Positions 22,418-35,238 of a DNA stretch of 64,000 bases are shown here, one piece after another. Below the pieces are notes generated by a model that saw only the letters and a list, made by a program, of their open reading frames with translations, ran no database searches and had not been told where the DNA came from. The stretch is from Mytilus edulis (Eukaryota). Location: the NCBI RefSeq assembly GCF_963676685.1, contig NC_092352.1, positions 6,076,001 through 6,140,000 on the forward strand, read 5' to 3'. Numbering within the stretch: the stretch's first letter is position 1; every line of letters begins with the position of its first letter. The position numbers were made by a program, and so were the translations under genes.

Positions 22418-23536
22418 ATGGAAATAAATAAGGTAGCAAGACCGTCAAGATTAAGAAACTCACCAGTAATATATACGCCAAGTAGTATATACCAAGGAAA
22501 ACCACAGCAAATGTCGTACATCTTTAAAAATGCAAGAAAAGCGCTAGATAAGAAAATGGACGCTGCTGAAAGGGAATTGGAAATAGAAATAACTTTGAAA
22601 GCCGGAACCCTAGTCATCACTTGTAATGCAGGGGCATATGAAGCACTCAAGCATGCCATATACAAATACTATAACGAATCTAAAGAGCTAAGTTACAAAC
22701 TACATACAAAAACAAGTAAGGACAATATAGGCAGCTCTAGCAATCAAATCATGACTGTTGCAGAGTCGTTATCAATCAAGTTCAAGAACACAACTAAGTC
22801 CAAACGACAACTATACCGTATCAATATGTTCAACACAACATGCAAAATAGATGCTAATGGGTATATGCTAAAGGACTTTATTTCAAAAGATTTGCACAAC
22901 ATATGTGAGGACTTCAAAGCTGACAAATCCTACAAAAATATAAACATGCAAATCAAGAACATCTGTATAACTGCTAAAGAACATTTAGATAAAGCAAATG
23001 GACCAAACAACAATGGAAAAACTGTAGACAAGGAGATAAACAAATTAGCTGATTCTGCAGTGCATATTACAACAACACGTGAGATCAACCCAAACCAATA
23101 CAATCTGCTAAAAAATGGACCAAACCATAATGACAACACATTACAACAGATGGCAATAGAAGAAATATCAACATGCTCAAGGGAAGGAGAAGAATCTACT
23201 GATCCAAAAATACAGAATGACAAAATCCTAGCAATTGATGAGAACCGAGAAACCTCTAAGACCGAGGAAAACAGTGAATGCCAAGGATGTGAACGACCAC
23301 TAACAAATACATCAGCAATTGAGTGTTCAGCATGCAAACTTTGGTTTCACACCTCATGTGAAGGGCTAACTGAATATCACATGGAAAACCACGTATATGA
23401 CTCATTTACATGCTCCTACTGCAAAACACTAGATCTAACAATACCATTTGAAGATAGACCATACCAAGAAGAAACTCTACCAAAACAAATTATGAACTCC
23501 ACTCATATAGAAGTCTCAAATGAACAACCCAATTAA
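22418..23536 (+). CDS. LINE ORF1-like protein with PHD finger (truncated)
   Basis: CQGCERPLTNTSAIECSACKLWFHTSCEGL..FTCSYC is a C4HC3 PHD; a coiled-coil-like continuation follows in other frames. Confidence 0.65.
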   Translation: MEINKVARPSRLRNSPVIYTPSSIYQGKPQQMSYIFKNARKALDKKMDAAERELEIEITLKAGTLVITCNAGAYEALKHAIYKYYNESKELSYKLHTKTSKDNIGSSSNQIMTVAESLSIKFKNTTKSKRQLYRINMFNTTCKIDANGYMLKDFISKDLHNICEDFKADKSYKNINMQIKNICITAKEHLDKANGPNNNGKTVDKEINKLADSAVHITTTREINPNQYNLLKNGPNHNDNTLQQMAIEEISTCSREGEESTDPKIQNDKILAIDENRETSKTEENSECQGCERPLTNTSAIECSACKLWFHTSCEGLTEYHMENHVYDSFTCSYCKTLDLTIPFEDRPYQEETLPKQIMNSTHIEVSNEQPN

Positions 23537-25166
23537 ACTACCCCCAAACCAACATTCATTTTGATTTTTGATTTTCCTTTTTGAATTTTCCTCGGAGTTC
23601 AGTTTTTTGTGTTTTTACTTTTTTCATAAAGAAAACAAACTTGAAGGAGCGGTAAGTAACAGATCTGAACACAGGAAGATGAGGTACCAACAGCTCCACA
23701 GATTTCTAGAAACTCTGAACAACGAAATACGGCTCCTCCAATTGATGATGCAAAAACTAAACCAAAAAGAGCCAAGAAAAGAGATACAGAGCAAATCATA
23801 GAGCTACAACTTGCTGAAAGTAAAGCAAAAATCTCAAACTTGGAAGAGCTAAACAAGGAATATAGGACCACAATCGATATGCTATCAGTCAAGCTAGGCA
23901 TACCTTCGCCTGTGGGATATAGCAATCCACATCCAACAATGACACATGCTACTAGTATCAGTGCGCTAGAATCCAAAATGGAACAGCAATTGAAAAACTA
24001 AGGGTGGACTTCCAACATCAAATGCAGATTATGAGTCTTGAACTTAAACATACTTCAGAAATTAATGAATTGAAATTGAAGCTCCAGTTAAATCAGACAG
24101 AATGCAACAATATCATGCAAAACTCAAATCTTGGAGCAAACAGCAATACTAACACAATACCAAGTATAACTGGTATGGATTTTCAATGCGCAATACTCAA
24201 CAGACAAATCCACCACCAAATTGGTATGGAATGCCATCACATACTACTCATGCTACTTATCAGCCAACTCCACCGCCAGTATATCAACATATGAGTCCAC
24301 AAGTAGTCATCAACCCGTATGGTAGACAGCCTTACCAATCCATGCCACCCACAAATCTCCAACACCCTCCGATACCATCATTTATCCAAAAACCACATCA
24401 TCCTCAACATACAGGGAATATTCATATACATAATCAAAGACACAAGACAATGCATGAACAAATACCAACTTAAATGAACAACAAGAGTACAAAACAACAG
24501 CAGAAGGTCATCAACACGCTAGAAAAACCACTGCAAGAACAAAAAAAAAGGCACAACAAGATAAACCTACCTATAAACCCCCTCAAACAGATAACTCAAC
24601 AGATATTGGCATTCCTACAACGGCTAATGAACCAAATCAGCACTCTACAACTACCATCAATAGAGAAAAACAATAAGAGAAGCAAATCCAGGAGACAAAC
24701 AAACACTCTACTGAACAGCATTTTTTAGGGGTAGGCAGAGTTTCGACAGTGGACTGGATAACCAAAACGCCAACATCACAATAGGAACTCTAAACATCCA
24801 GAATATAAAAGGCAACTCTATTTATCTACAAACTATTTTGAAATCATTAGATATTCTCTGTATCCAAGAACACTGGATTATATCACTAGAAAAGAATATT
24901 ATAAAAAATATCAACAATGACTTTATATCGTACGTCAAATCTGTTGATGATGAAGATCCCATAATAGATCATAAAGCAATCAGAGGGTATGGAGGTACAG
25001 CATTTTTTTGGAATAAAGATCTAGAGAAATCAATAAATATAATGCATGATGGTAACAACCGCATCCAAGTAATCACAATCAACAGCAGTCCACTGAAAAC
25101 ATGTCTAGTTAATGTCTACTATGCCATCCTTACAAGTAGCAGGAAATCTTGACTATAAAGACACAT

Positions 25167-26044
25167 TAGGGAACGACCATTTGATATTCTGGGGGGGGGG
25201 GGGGGGGGGGGGAGGATTTGTTTTTGATCGGTTATTTATTTTCGTAAGCTAAGCGGAGGACAGATTATTCATTTTCTGCACTATTGAAGCCAGATTTTTC
25301 ATTTTCATTGAAGCAAGGGACTGATTATTCATTTTCACAACTATATTTATGATATTTGAAAACATACAATTTTTAAATGATTTTTTTATTATAAATAATA
25401 CATGTATAGTCAAGTCATTATGTAGCATTTAATCAGAATTAATCATTATTCTCTGCAGAAATGAATCTTTCATATTCCCAACTGCATATACATGTATTGC
25501 ATACATAAATAGTATTAAAGTTTGGTTGTAACTAGCCCCTTTTAAAAGTATTGGCAAACATATTTAGCCGAGTGGAGCGAGGCAAAATTTTTTTTGAAGG
25601 GTTTTGGAGCTACTGAAGGCCCAAGAAGCTATAGAACAAATGATGCAAAATCATGCTTTCTGGGTGTTCCGAAGACCCTTTTATAATCTGAAAATGCAAG
25701 TTTTGTTTTAATAATTTTTTGACAATATTTTGGTCTCAAAGCAAAATACATAAATTCAGTGTAAGAGTTAAGTTTCTAGGGACAACATCAAAAGACCAAT
25801 GTGCATGATAAAGCAAAAATGGAATTCACATAGTTAAGTCTGTGGCTGCTGGTTTTTTTAAAGTTCATAACAAAACTTCTAGATGACAAATAGGAATGCA
25901 ACACTAACAGAATACAGAAGGGCAATCAATGAAAAAAAGACAAATAAATAAGAAACATTGATCCCGAAAAATCTGAGGGAAAACATAATTTGCTTCTTGC
26001 AAGGGACTCGCCGTGAACACAATTTGATATTGAGACAAGCGTTT
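25167..26044. mobile_element. MITE-like insertion interrupting the LINE endonuclease (related end at ~20388)
   Basis: Abrupt switch from A-rich coding sequence to tagggaacgaccatttgatattctg(G)n; similar ttagtcagcaaccatttgattttctg at 20388. Confidence 0.5.
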
Positions 26045-28098
26045 GAATGCCAAGCTAACCTACACAGCAACTAGCTATTAAACAACAAATTACAATTGCC
26101 AACCTACATCAATATTCACATCAATTATTTCAGATCATTTACCTAACACCGCCAATATCTATTACATATTGAGATAAGCTATCTATTACCGCTTACACTC
26201 TAATACTAATATTATACTAAATTATATGTGCAGTCTGCCTGGAATGCAAGTTAACTAGCACAATAATTAATAACAGTATACTATATATATTTATTAACCA
26301 ACTAAGTACATTATTGCCAAAAATGACTGGTTATTAAAAATAACATATTTTCTGTAATGGCTCTGTTTTTTCTGTAATGGCCCTGTTTTTTCTGTAATAG
26401 TCCTGTTTTTCTGTAATGGCCCTGTATTAATGCCCGGTTTGTCTGTATAAAGCACAGTTAGGGTTTTTAATAAAGTTAATAAAATTAAGTTGTAAAGAAT
26501 ATAATACTTTTTGTATTTTATTTTATTTAGTAACCAGCAACCAACATTAAAGAACCATATATAGGGATCACTGTTCCTTCTGTTTTTCAACACATAACTT
26601 CTGTTAACTTAATATCTTGGATATTTGGTATATTAACACATACACTTTTATTCAGTTGGTTAATAAATGTATTAAGAAATGGGTGTTTTTATAATGGCCC
26701 TGTTATATGTCCGAGGTCTGTTATAATGGTCGAGGAAGTCTGTAATGGCCCGAGGCAACACCGAGGGCCATTACAGACATCCGAGGCCATTATTACTGAC
26801 CGAGGATTAATACTATAATAATAGCAGGCGAATCAATTTATAGCATGGAAATAAATAAGGTAGCAAGACCGTCAAGATTAAGAAACTCACCAGTAATATA
26901 TACGCCAAGTAGTATATACCAAGGAAAACCACAGCAAATGTCGTACATCTTTAAAAATGCAAGAAAAGCGCTAGATAAGAAAATGGACGCTGCTGAAAGG
27001 GAATTGGAAATAGAAATAACTTTGAAAGCCGGAACCCTAGTCATCACTTGTAATGCAGGGGCATATGAAGCACTCAAGCATGCCATATACAAATACTATA
27101 ACGAATCTAAAGAGCTAAGTTACAAACTACATACAAAAACAAGTAAGGACAATATAGGCAGCTCTAGCAATCAAATCATGACTGTTGCAGAGTCGTTATC
27201 AATCAAGTTCAAGAACACAACTAAGTCCAAACGACAACTATACCGTATCAATATGTTCAACACAACATGCAAAATAGATGCTAATGGGTATATGCTAAAG
27301 GACTTTATTTCAAAAGATTTGCACAACATATGTGAGGACTTCAAAGCTGACAAATCCTACAAAAATATAAACATGCAAATCAAGAACATCTGTATAACTG
27401 CTAAAGAACATTTAGATAAAGCAAATGGACCAAACAACAATGGAAAAACTGTAGACAAGGAGATAAACAAATTAGCTGATTCTGCAGTGCATATTACAAC
27501 AACACGTGAGATCAACCCAAACCAATACAATCTGCTAAAAAATGGACCAAACCATAATGACAACACATTACAACAGATGGCAATAGAAGAAATATCAACA
27601 TGCTCAAGGGAAGGAGAAGAATCTACTGATCCAAAAAATACAGAATGACAAAATCCTAGCAATTGATGAGAACCGAGAAACCTCTAAGACCGAGGAAAAC
27701 AGTGAATGCCAAGGATGTGAACGACCACTAACAAATACATCAGCAATTGAGTGTTCAGCATGCAAACTTTGGTTTCACACCTCATGTGAAGGGCTAACTG
27801 AATATCACATGGAAAACCACGTATATGACTCATTTACATGCTCCTACTGCAAAACACTAGATCTAACAATACCATTTGAAGATAGACCATACCAAGAAGA
27901 AACTCTACCAAAACAAATTATGAACTCCACTCATATAGAAGTCTCAAATGAACAACCCAATTAAACTACCCCCAAACCAACATTCATTTTGATTTTTGAT
28001 TTTCCTTTTTGAATTTTCCTCGGAGTTCAGTTTTTTGTGTTTTTACTTTTTTCATAAAGAAAACAAACTTGAAGGAGCGGTAAGTAACAGATCTGAAC
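26045..28098 (+). repeat. Near-exact 2.05-kb duplicate of 21618-23670 abutting the assembly gap
   Basis: Offset 4427; the only difference I saw is one extra A in a homopolymer at ~27633-27638. Confidence 0.9.
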
Positions 28099-28198
28099 NN
28101 NNNNNNNNNNNNNNNNNNNNNNNNNNNNNNNNNNNNNNNNNNNNNNNNNNNNNNNNNNNNNNNNNNNNNNNNNNNNNNNNNNNNNNNNNNNNNNNNNN
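28099..28198. other. Assembly gap (100 N)
   Basis: Run of N. Confidence 1.
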
Positions 28199-31141
28199 CA
28201 TCTATACCAATATGACACTGCAAGTTGAATGGGAAGACCAAACAACCCAACATGTCAACATACAACAAGGAATACGTCAAGGAGCTAAACTATCTACTCT
28301 CCTGTACAAAATGTATAACACCACTATCCTAAAGGCAATCACAGGCAGTCACCTCGGAACAAAGATAGGTGCGGACGACATTGCTCTACTAGGTGACTGA
28401 ACCACAGGATATACAAGCAATGCTTAACATTATTGAATTCCATACAAAGAGAGACATGGTGAAAATAACCCAGAAAAATCAGAAGTCCTATGTACATAAA
28501 AGGAAAGAACTACCAATAAAAACATACACCCTCGGTGAGAAACAAATCAACAGAGTAGACAAGCTGAAACATCTTGGTATTAGAAGGAATGTCAAAAGCA
28601 AAGTAAACACTGATGAAAGGCTAAAAACTGGTAGACACACATATATGCACTTCTAGGATCTAGCCTACATGCACGTACAGGAATGTGCCCGCTATACTCT
28701 GCAAAATCTGGAAGACATATGTAGTCCCAAGATATCTCTATGGTCTGGAAGTACAAATCTGCACAAAAGCTGATATATACTAGCTGGAAAAACTACAGAG
28801 AAAAATATTTAGACAATTCCTTAGTCTACCTGAAAGGACTGCAACCTCGGCTCTCTATATTCTCCTAGGAGCGGAACCAGTTGAAACTATATAAGACAGA
28901 AATATGCTATCATTATTCCTTACAATCTCTCGGCTAGATAATGCAAAAGAAAAGACAATCCTACAGTGGGAACTTGAAATTGGAAAGGACTTCACAGAAT
29001 CCCTCATAAACAGAATAGATAAAATTTTAAATAAATAGTCTGCCAAATCCAAAAGAAATTTTAGCAAACCCGCCATCAAAATACAAATGAAAAAACATGC
29101 TGAAAAAAGCCATAAATATATACTGGTTAAATATCGGGAAAAAGGAATGCCTAATAAAAACAACCATTAAGTACTTGACAATCCAAGAAAATCCTACTGA
29201 AAACCCACATAATATCTGGAAAGCTGCCAGAAACAATCAGAATGACATTCGAAAAGCAGAATTCAAAAGTAGGCTAATAACTGGAACCTACATGCTACAA
29301 ACAACTAAAGCGAAATTTAGCAAAAATCAAATATCAAGAATATGTGAGCTATCATGTTCCAAAGCTGAGGAGGACATTAAGCACTTTCTGCTGGAATGTG
29401 AGTCTCTCGAGAGTGTTCGACTAAAACAGATGAACAAATTTCTATCTTTAACCGAGTTCAAAGGGGAAGGTGATAAAGCTAATTATAAAGAGGATGTGCT
29501 TCAAATTATATTGCACTGCTCAAAGCTATCAACAACTAGCCTATCCCACCTAAAAGCAAATGACCTGATAGAAATAGAAAAACAAATCTCAAAATTTCTG
29601 TCACAAAATGCATAAGAAACGCACCAAAATGCAAACACGATGATACGACTAGATTAGCTGCTTACATCTAATTATATGCCAAGACCTTGGCAGTTCACCT
29701 TTTACTCTAATTTTACGATATATGAAAGTTTTTTTTTAGTTACTGATATTTTTTTTTTTAATTGGTAACTTTATCTCTTAAAAGCTATTTTTTTTACCAT
29801 ACTGCCAAAAATTTAATCCCATACTTTTTGTTTTGTTTGATCAACTTATTTTTACCTTTTATCCTTTGATTTTCACATTTTAATCCTTTAATTTAATAAA
29901 CATTTGATGGAAATGTCTCATGAAAAGGAATCAAAACGGTTTTTAAAATCAATAACTCCAACCTAGGTAGAATCATAAATGATGTAAATAGCACTTAGCT
30001 GTAAACACTTGTTCTTAAAATTCAGTTTTACCTGTATATAAAGTTTTTTAAACTTGAGCACCCCACCACACTGTAAATATCTGTAAATATTTTAAAACCA
30101 TATATCCCAAGTGGGAGTGCTCCGATATATAACAGAGGAAATTACCTGAACAGAACAGAATTGGTCATTTCGGAATCTTCTCTTTTTCTAATTGTTGAAG
30201 GCCCTACGATGAGCTATAGATATTAGTTTGGTGACCATGTCATTTGGTTTACACGGAGAGTTGTCTTATTGGCAATTATGTAAAAGCTCTTTTGTTCCGA
30301 CGTTGGAAAGTTCCGGGCAGAAAGAACTAACTAGTCGAAAAGTTCCGGAGGAACTTATTAACTATAGTTACTTTGTTCTTCTGGTTTAAAAGTTCCACCG
30401 GAACAAAGCGACTAGTTGAAAAGTTCCAACTATTTTTAATTTGTACCAAACTTGGACAGAACCTAGTTTATGATCAAAAGCTAGTATCTAGAAGGAAATT
30501 TTGTTAATATTTTTGTGAAAAAAATTGGTTGCTTATATAGGGAATCACTCAAGCATGACTGGAGCGGGCCCCCACTTATGAAAATTTCTAGATCCGCCAG
30601 CGAGTCCAATGATTGGGTTTAATATGCGAGCACTCGATCCAGTCTCTTTTACTGGAGACATTTGAACTCTGATGAACGTGATGGTATATACCATTAGAAA
30701 GTTCTTCTACTGCTGTAGTACTGTCAGTGTCTAGGACAGAAAGCAAACGACTATCACTGCCAACAAGCGTTACATACACAATATATTACATAGAACCTAT
30801 TGCTCAAGTGTCCGAGAAATGGACAAAACCGAAATAACGTCAACTTAGCCAAGACGAACACCTTACAAGAAAGCCTTTTACCACATAGTTAATGGGTTAC
30901 TCATATGCAGGGAGTATTTTCCCAAGCAGTCACTGATCAATGACATGTTAGATATCAGAATATACTTGTTAATTAAATGTCTCATTTCTCATTTACAAGA
31001 CATGTATTTCGTGTCAAAAATTTGACAACAATCCAAATTCACAGTATCAACCTGGCATAAATTGTCCAAACTTGTGTAAAACTGTTAAGTGGGTCTCATT
31101 GGGGTCTAAGCGTGACGCGGGATTGCCGTTTTATTGTAAGC

Positions 31142-34100
31142 ATGACACTGATAATATCAGGAATTGAACAAAACCCAGGCCCTGTTCAAAACGGCTGCGG
31201 AATATGTCGTAAATTAGTCAAAAGAAATGACAAAGCAATACAATGTGACGAATGTGATTTATGGATACATACACGTTGTACATCGGTTGACAACACAACG
31301 TACACTAAATTACAGAACACAAATGATCAATGGTTCTGCCAAAACTGCGTTGCACCATGCGGAATTTGCTCTGGCAACATACATAACTGTGACCCAGCAA
31401 TCGAATGTGACCGATGTAAAACATGGATTCATAACTCCTGTGCAATAGTGCCAAATAATGAATATAAAAACATACAAGCAACAAATTGTACATGGATTTG
31501 TCCATTATGCGATGAAACAAACTTATCAACATCATACTCAAGTACTTCATCAGGCATAGAAATCAACAATATATTTGATACACTCAGAAACAACAAAGAG
31601 ACACACACATGTAGTAGACACATTTATACCAGTAAGATCACAATGGTTTCCATCAACATCAATGGTTTAAGAGGAAAAAAACTTGAACTGCAAGCATATT
31701 TACAAACGGAAAACCCAGACATAGTAGCACTGCAAGAGACCAAAATCAATAACAGCATTGCAACCAATGAATTAATTCCAGACACATTGGGCTATGATAT
31801 ATACCGCAACGACAGAACAGGCAATGGGGGAGGCACAATGTTACTCGTCAAAACACACCTTGACTCAGCACCTGTGAAGATCCTCGAAAATGGATCAGAA
31901 TCTATTTGGAGCAAAATAGTATTGCAAGGAAAACAGCATTACATAGGAAGCTGGTATAGACCACCTGATGCCCCTTTGGATCAAGTACAACTTCTTAAGG
32001 ACCAAATGGATAAAATCAAGAAACTAGGAAAAGCAAACAAACAACCATGCATTCACATCTTGGCTGATTTTAACTACCGTAAAATAAATTGGCGGACAAA
32101 GCTAAATAAAGATACCAACACATGCCTTAATGGTAGTGACGGCCAAGCATTGATAGACATACTAAATGAAGCTAGTGCTGAACAACTCATCCTATTTCCA
32201 ACCAGGGAAAGTAATACACTAGACCTTTTAATAACAACATTACCAGGGCAGTTCACAGACATCCACTCACCTGATCGGTTGAGCGACCACGACATTGTCA
32301 TGGGTACTCTGCGATGCACAATACCAAGAAAAATAAGACCAGAAAGGACCTCCTACCAATACTCGAAAGGAAATTACAATCAGATGAGAGATGACTCAAG
32401 GGACTTTACCAGAGACAAATACTTCAACGGCCATCAAAATAACAGAAATGTGGAAGAAAACTGGATCATGATAAAAGAATTCATACTAGGAACCACCAAA
32501 ATAAATGTACCAACTAAAATATTAAAAGGAAAACAGTCAATACCATGGATAAATAAAAACATCAAGACCATGATAAAACGAAAGAACAGAACACATGCCA
32601 ACTATAAAAGAAACAACAGCATGAGAATAAAACGAAAATGGCAAGAATTAAGACGCAATATTAACAAGGAAATTGAATTAGCCCACAACAACTATGTCAA
32701 CAACTTAATAGGCGATATAAAACAAGACTCTAAACCCTTTTGGAAATATATCAACAACCAGAAAGCAGACAAACAGGGAATACCACCACTTAAGACTCAT
32801 GATAATAAGACCGCCGATACAGACCAACAAAAAGCTGAGGCATTGAACACTCAGTTTACAAGTGTATATACAGAGACAAAATATGAATCTGTTCCATACC
32901 AAACTCCTCCTGTAGACAAAATGATAAACATCATAGTAACAACAAAGGGTGTAGAAAAAAATACTAAAAAATATTAATGCATCAAAAGCGATGGGCCCTG
33001 ATGGTATACATCCAAGAGTACTTGAAGAACTGGCACCTAACATATCAGAGGTAATGGCTCACTTTTTCCAGCAATCCATCAACAGAGGAACCATCCCAGA
33101 CGAATGGAAAAATGCTAATATATGCCCACTATTCAAAAAGAACGACAGAACCATCCCAAGCAATTACAGACCAGTTTCCCTAACATGTATCACTTGTAAA
33201 TTACTAGAACACATCATTTGCTCAAACCTAATGCAGCACTTTGAAAAACACAACATCCTAAATAGCCGACAACATGCATTTAGAAGAAGACACAGCTGTG
33301 AAACCCAACTTATCAACGTTATACATGACTGGGCAACTGCTATTGATAAAAGGAAACAAACAGATATATTTATTTTGGATTTTGAAAAAGCTTTTGACAC
33401 CGTACCGCACGAGCTCTTAAAAAGTAAACTTCACAAATATGGCGTGCCCAAAAACATCTTAAATTGGATTGACGCTTTTCTATCTAAAAGATCTCAGTGT
33501 GTGATAGTAAACGGAGTTAAATCGGAAACATCATCAGTCCTATCAGGAGTTCCTCAAGGAACGGTTCTTGGTCCAATCCTATTTCTGGTCCATATCAACG
33601 ACATAGCAGATAACGTAACATCAGAAATTAGGCTGTTTGCAGACGACTGTGTATGCTACAGAGAAATTAATACTGAAGATGACTGTGCTGAACTACAGAA
33701 GGATATTGATACCCTAGGTAACTGGGCGACAGATTGGGGAATGAGATTTCAACCAGTTAAATGCAACATGATGACATTGAGTCGCAAGAAGAAAACAACA
33801 TCATTTAAATACACCTTGAAAAATACGGAACTCCAATTTCTAACATCAATAAAATATCTAGGAGTTAACATCACGAATGATCTACACTGGGGTAAGCACA
33901 TAGAGGAGATATGCAATAAATCTTACAGGACATTAGGTTTACTAAAAAGAAATCTATCCGCATGTCCACTTGAAGTTCAACTCCAGGCCTATAAAGGACT
34001 GATACGACCTGTCCTAGAATATGCAAGCACTGCCTGGGACCCACATCAACTATATCTCCAAGACCAACTGGAAAATGTACAGAAAAGAGCGGCTAGGTTT

Positions 34101-34437
34101 ATAACATCAAACTACACTGATTACGAACCAGGAAGTATGACAGCGATTTTAGATCAGCTACAATTACCCTCACTGAAAGACCGTCGTACACAAAACAGAT
34201 TAATTCTTTTCTGCAAGAATATACATGGTCAATCAAACTTACCATCTGACCAACTGAAAAAACCATCCCGTACAACTAAGAACATGCAGTCAACATTTCC
34301 TCCGACTTCAAGCAAAAACAGACACGTTAAAATACAGTTTTATCCCAAATACCATTAAAGATTGGAACCTACTACCACCGGATATCTTCACCAAAATTCA
34401 GACAGCAGAAGAACCAGCTAAAACCTTGAAATTGTAA
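31142..34437 (+). pseudogene. ORF2 PHD-PHD-EN-RT with two frameshifts
   Basis: An extra A in the A-run near 32955-32962 separates ORFs 31112-32977 and 32991-34358; a second shift near 34288 restores QHFLRLQAKTDTLKYSFIPNTIKDWN. Confidence 0.85.
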
Positions 34438-34523
34438 GGGGGGTCCAACTAAAGTAAATTACTTGACGCACGCGCGGTGTATTAATATCCTTGGATGTTT
34501 CACCGTAAACCTATCAAGATCAA
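31149..34523 (+). mobile_element. CR1-like non-LTR retrotransposon, 5'-truncated, with 2A-like motif, tandem PHD, APE endonuclease and RT
   Basis: GIEQNPGP; two C4HC3 PHDs; EN motifs NINGL, LQET, YRPP, ADFN, SDHD; RT motifs LDFEKAFD, GVPQG, LFADD; (ATCAAG)n tail; putative 5-bp TSD GACAC (31144-31148, 34524-34528). Confidence 0.9.
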
Positions 34524-34774
34524 GACACGTGAAAGTCAAATTATTGTGCCGGGAAAACGGTAAATGACGTCTAGCGGGACACGGGAAATTACAAAAAATG
34601 AGAATTGCTTAGGAACATAGTGTAAGCGGGATCCGGGATCATAAGAATCCCCTGTTAAGGGTACGACCTCTACGGTCGTATCAAGCTGAAATCGGCAAAG
34701 ATACTAGAAGTAGACTAAATGTGGTTAGTGCAAGGATTGTGACAAAGTTCGATTAAATTTGTCTCAATTGTTTC

Positions 34775-35238
34775 AGGAGAAGACTTGTAAAAGATTACAA
34801 AATTTACGGAAAATTGGTAAATTTGACTTTAAATAAAGGGCAATAACTCCTTATGGGGTCATATTGACTTATTTGTAGATCTTACTTTGCTGAACATAAA
34901 TGCTGTTTACAGTTAAATCTCTTTCTACAATAATATTCAAGATAACCAAAAACTGCAAAATTTCCTCAAAATTACCAATTCAGGGGCAGCAACCCACCAA
35001 CGGATTGTCTGATGTGTCGGAAAAGTTCAGAACAGATAGATCTCTACCTTATTAACAATTTTACACCTTGTCAGATTTGCTCCATCTTGGTTGGTCGGGT
35101 CATTAGACACCTTTTTTAACTAGATACCCAAATGATGATTGTGGCCAAGTTTGGTCCAGTAGTTTCAGAGGAAATTTTTTGTTAAAGTTAACGACAGACG
35201 CCAAGTGATGAGAAAAACTCACTTGACATTTTAGGTCA
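34775..35238 (-). mobile_element. Decayed HINE-like family B copy
   Basis: Reverse-complement match to 51105-53943 (aaaattaccaattcaggggcagcaaccc; gacgccaagtgatg..ctcacttg). Confidence 0.65.

Larger units (their letters stand above)
20824..30160 (+). mobile_element. Decayed RTE-X-like non-LTR retrotransposon (esterase ORF, PHD ORF1, APE-RT ORF2), disrupted by insertions, a duplication and a gap
   Basis: PHD ORF 22418-23536; endonuclease IGTLNIQNIKGN..CIQEHW..GYGGTA at ~24780-25165; RT GIRQGAKLS/ADDIALL from 28199; C-terminal Cys/His motif CELSC..EDIKHFLLEC; (GAACA)n tail at 30148-30160. Confidence 0.65.
31091..34650. mobile_element. MITE-like host repeat (31091-31148 and 34524-34650) split by the CR1-like LINE
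   Basis: Internal motif taagcgtgacgcgg / taagcatgacac / taagcgggatccgg occurs on both sides; GACAC is present at both junctions. Confidence 0.55.

Noticed and set aside
30588-30779. 63-aa minus-strand ORF that looks vaguely protein-like
   Set aside because: No family recognised and no consistent splice sites or neighbouring exons.
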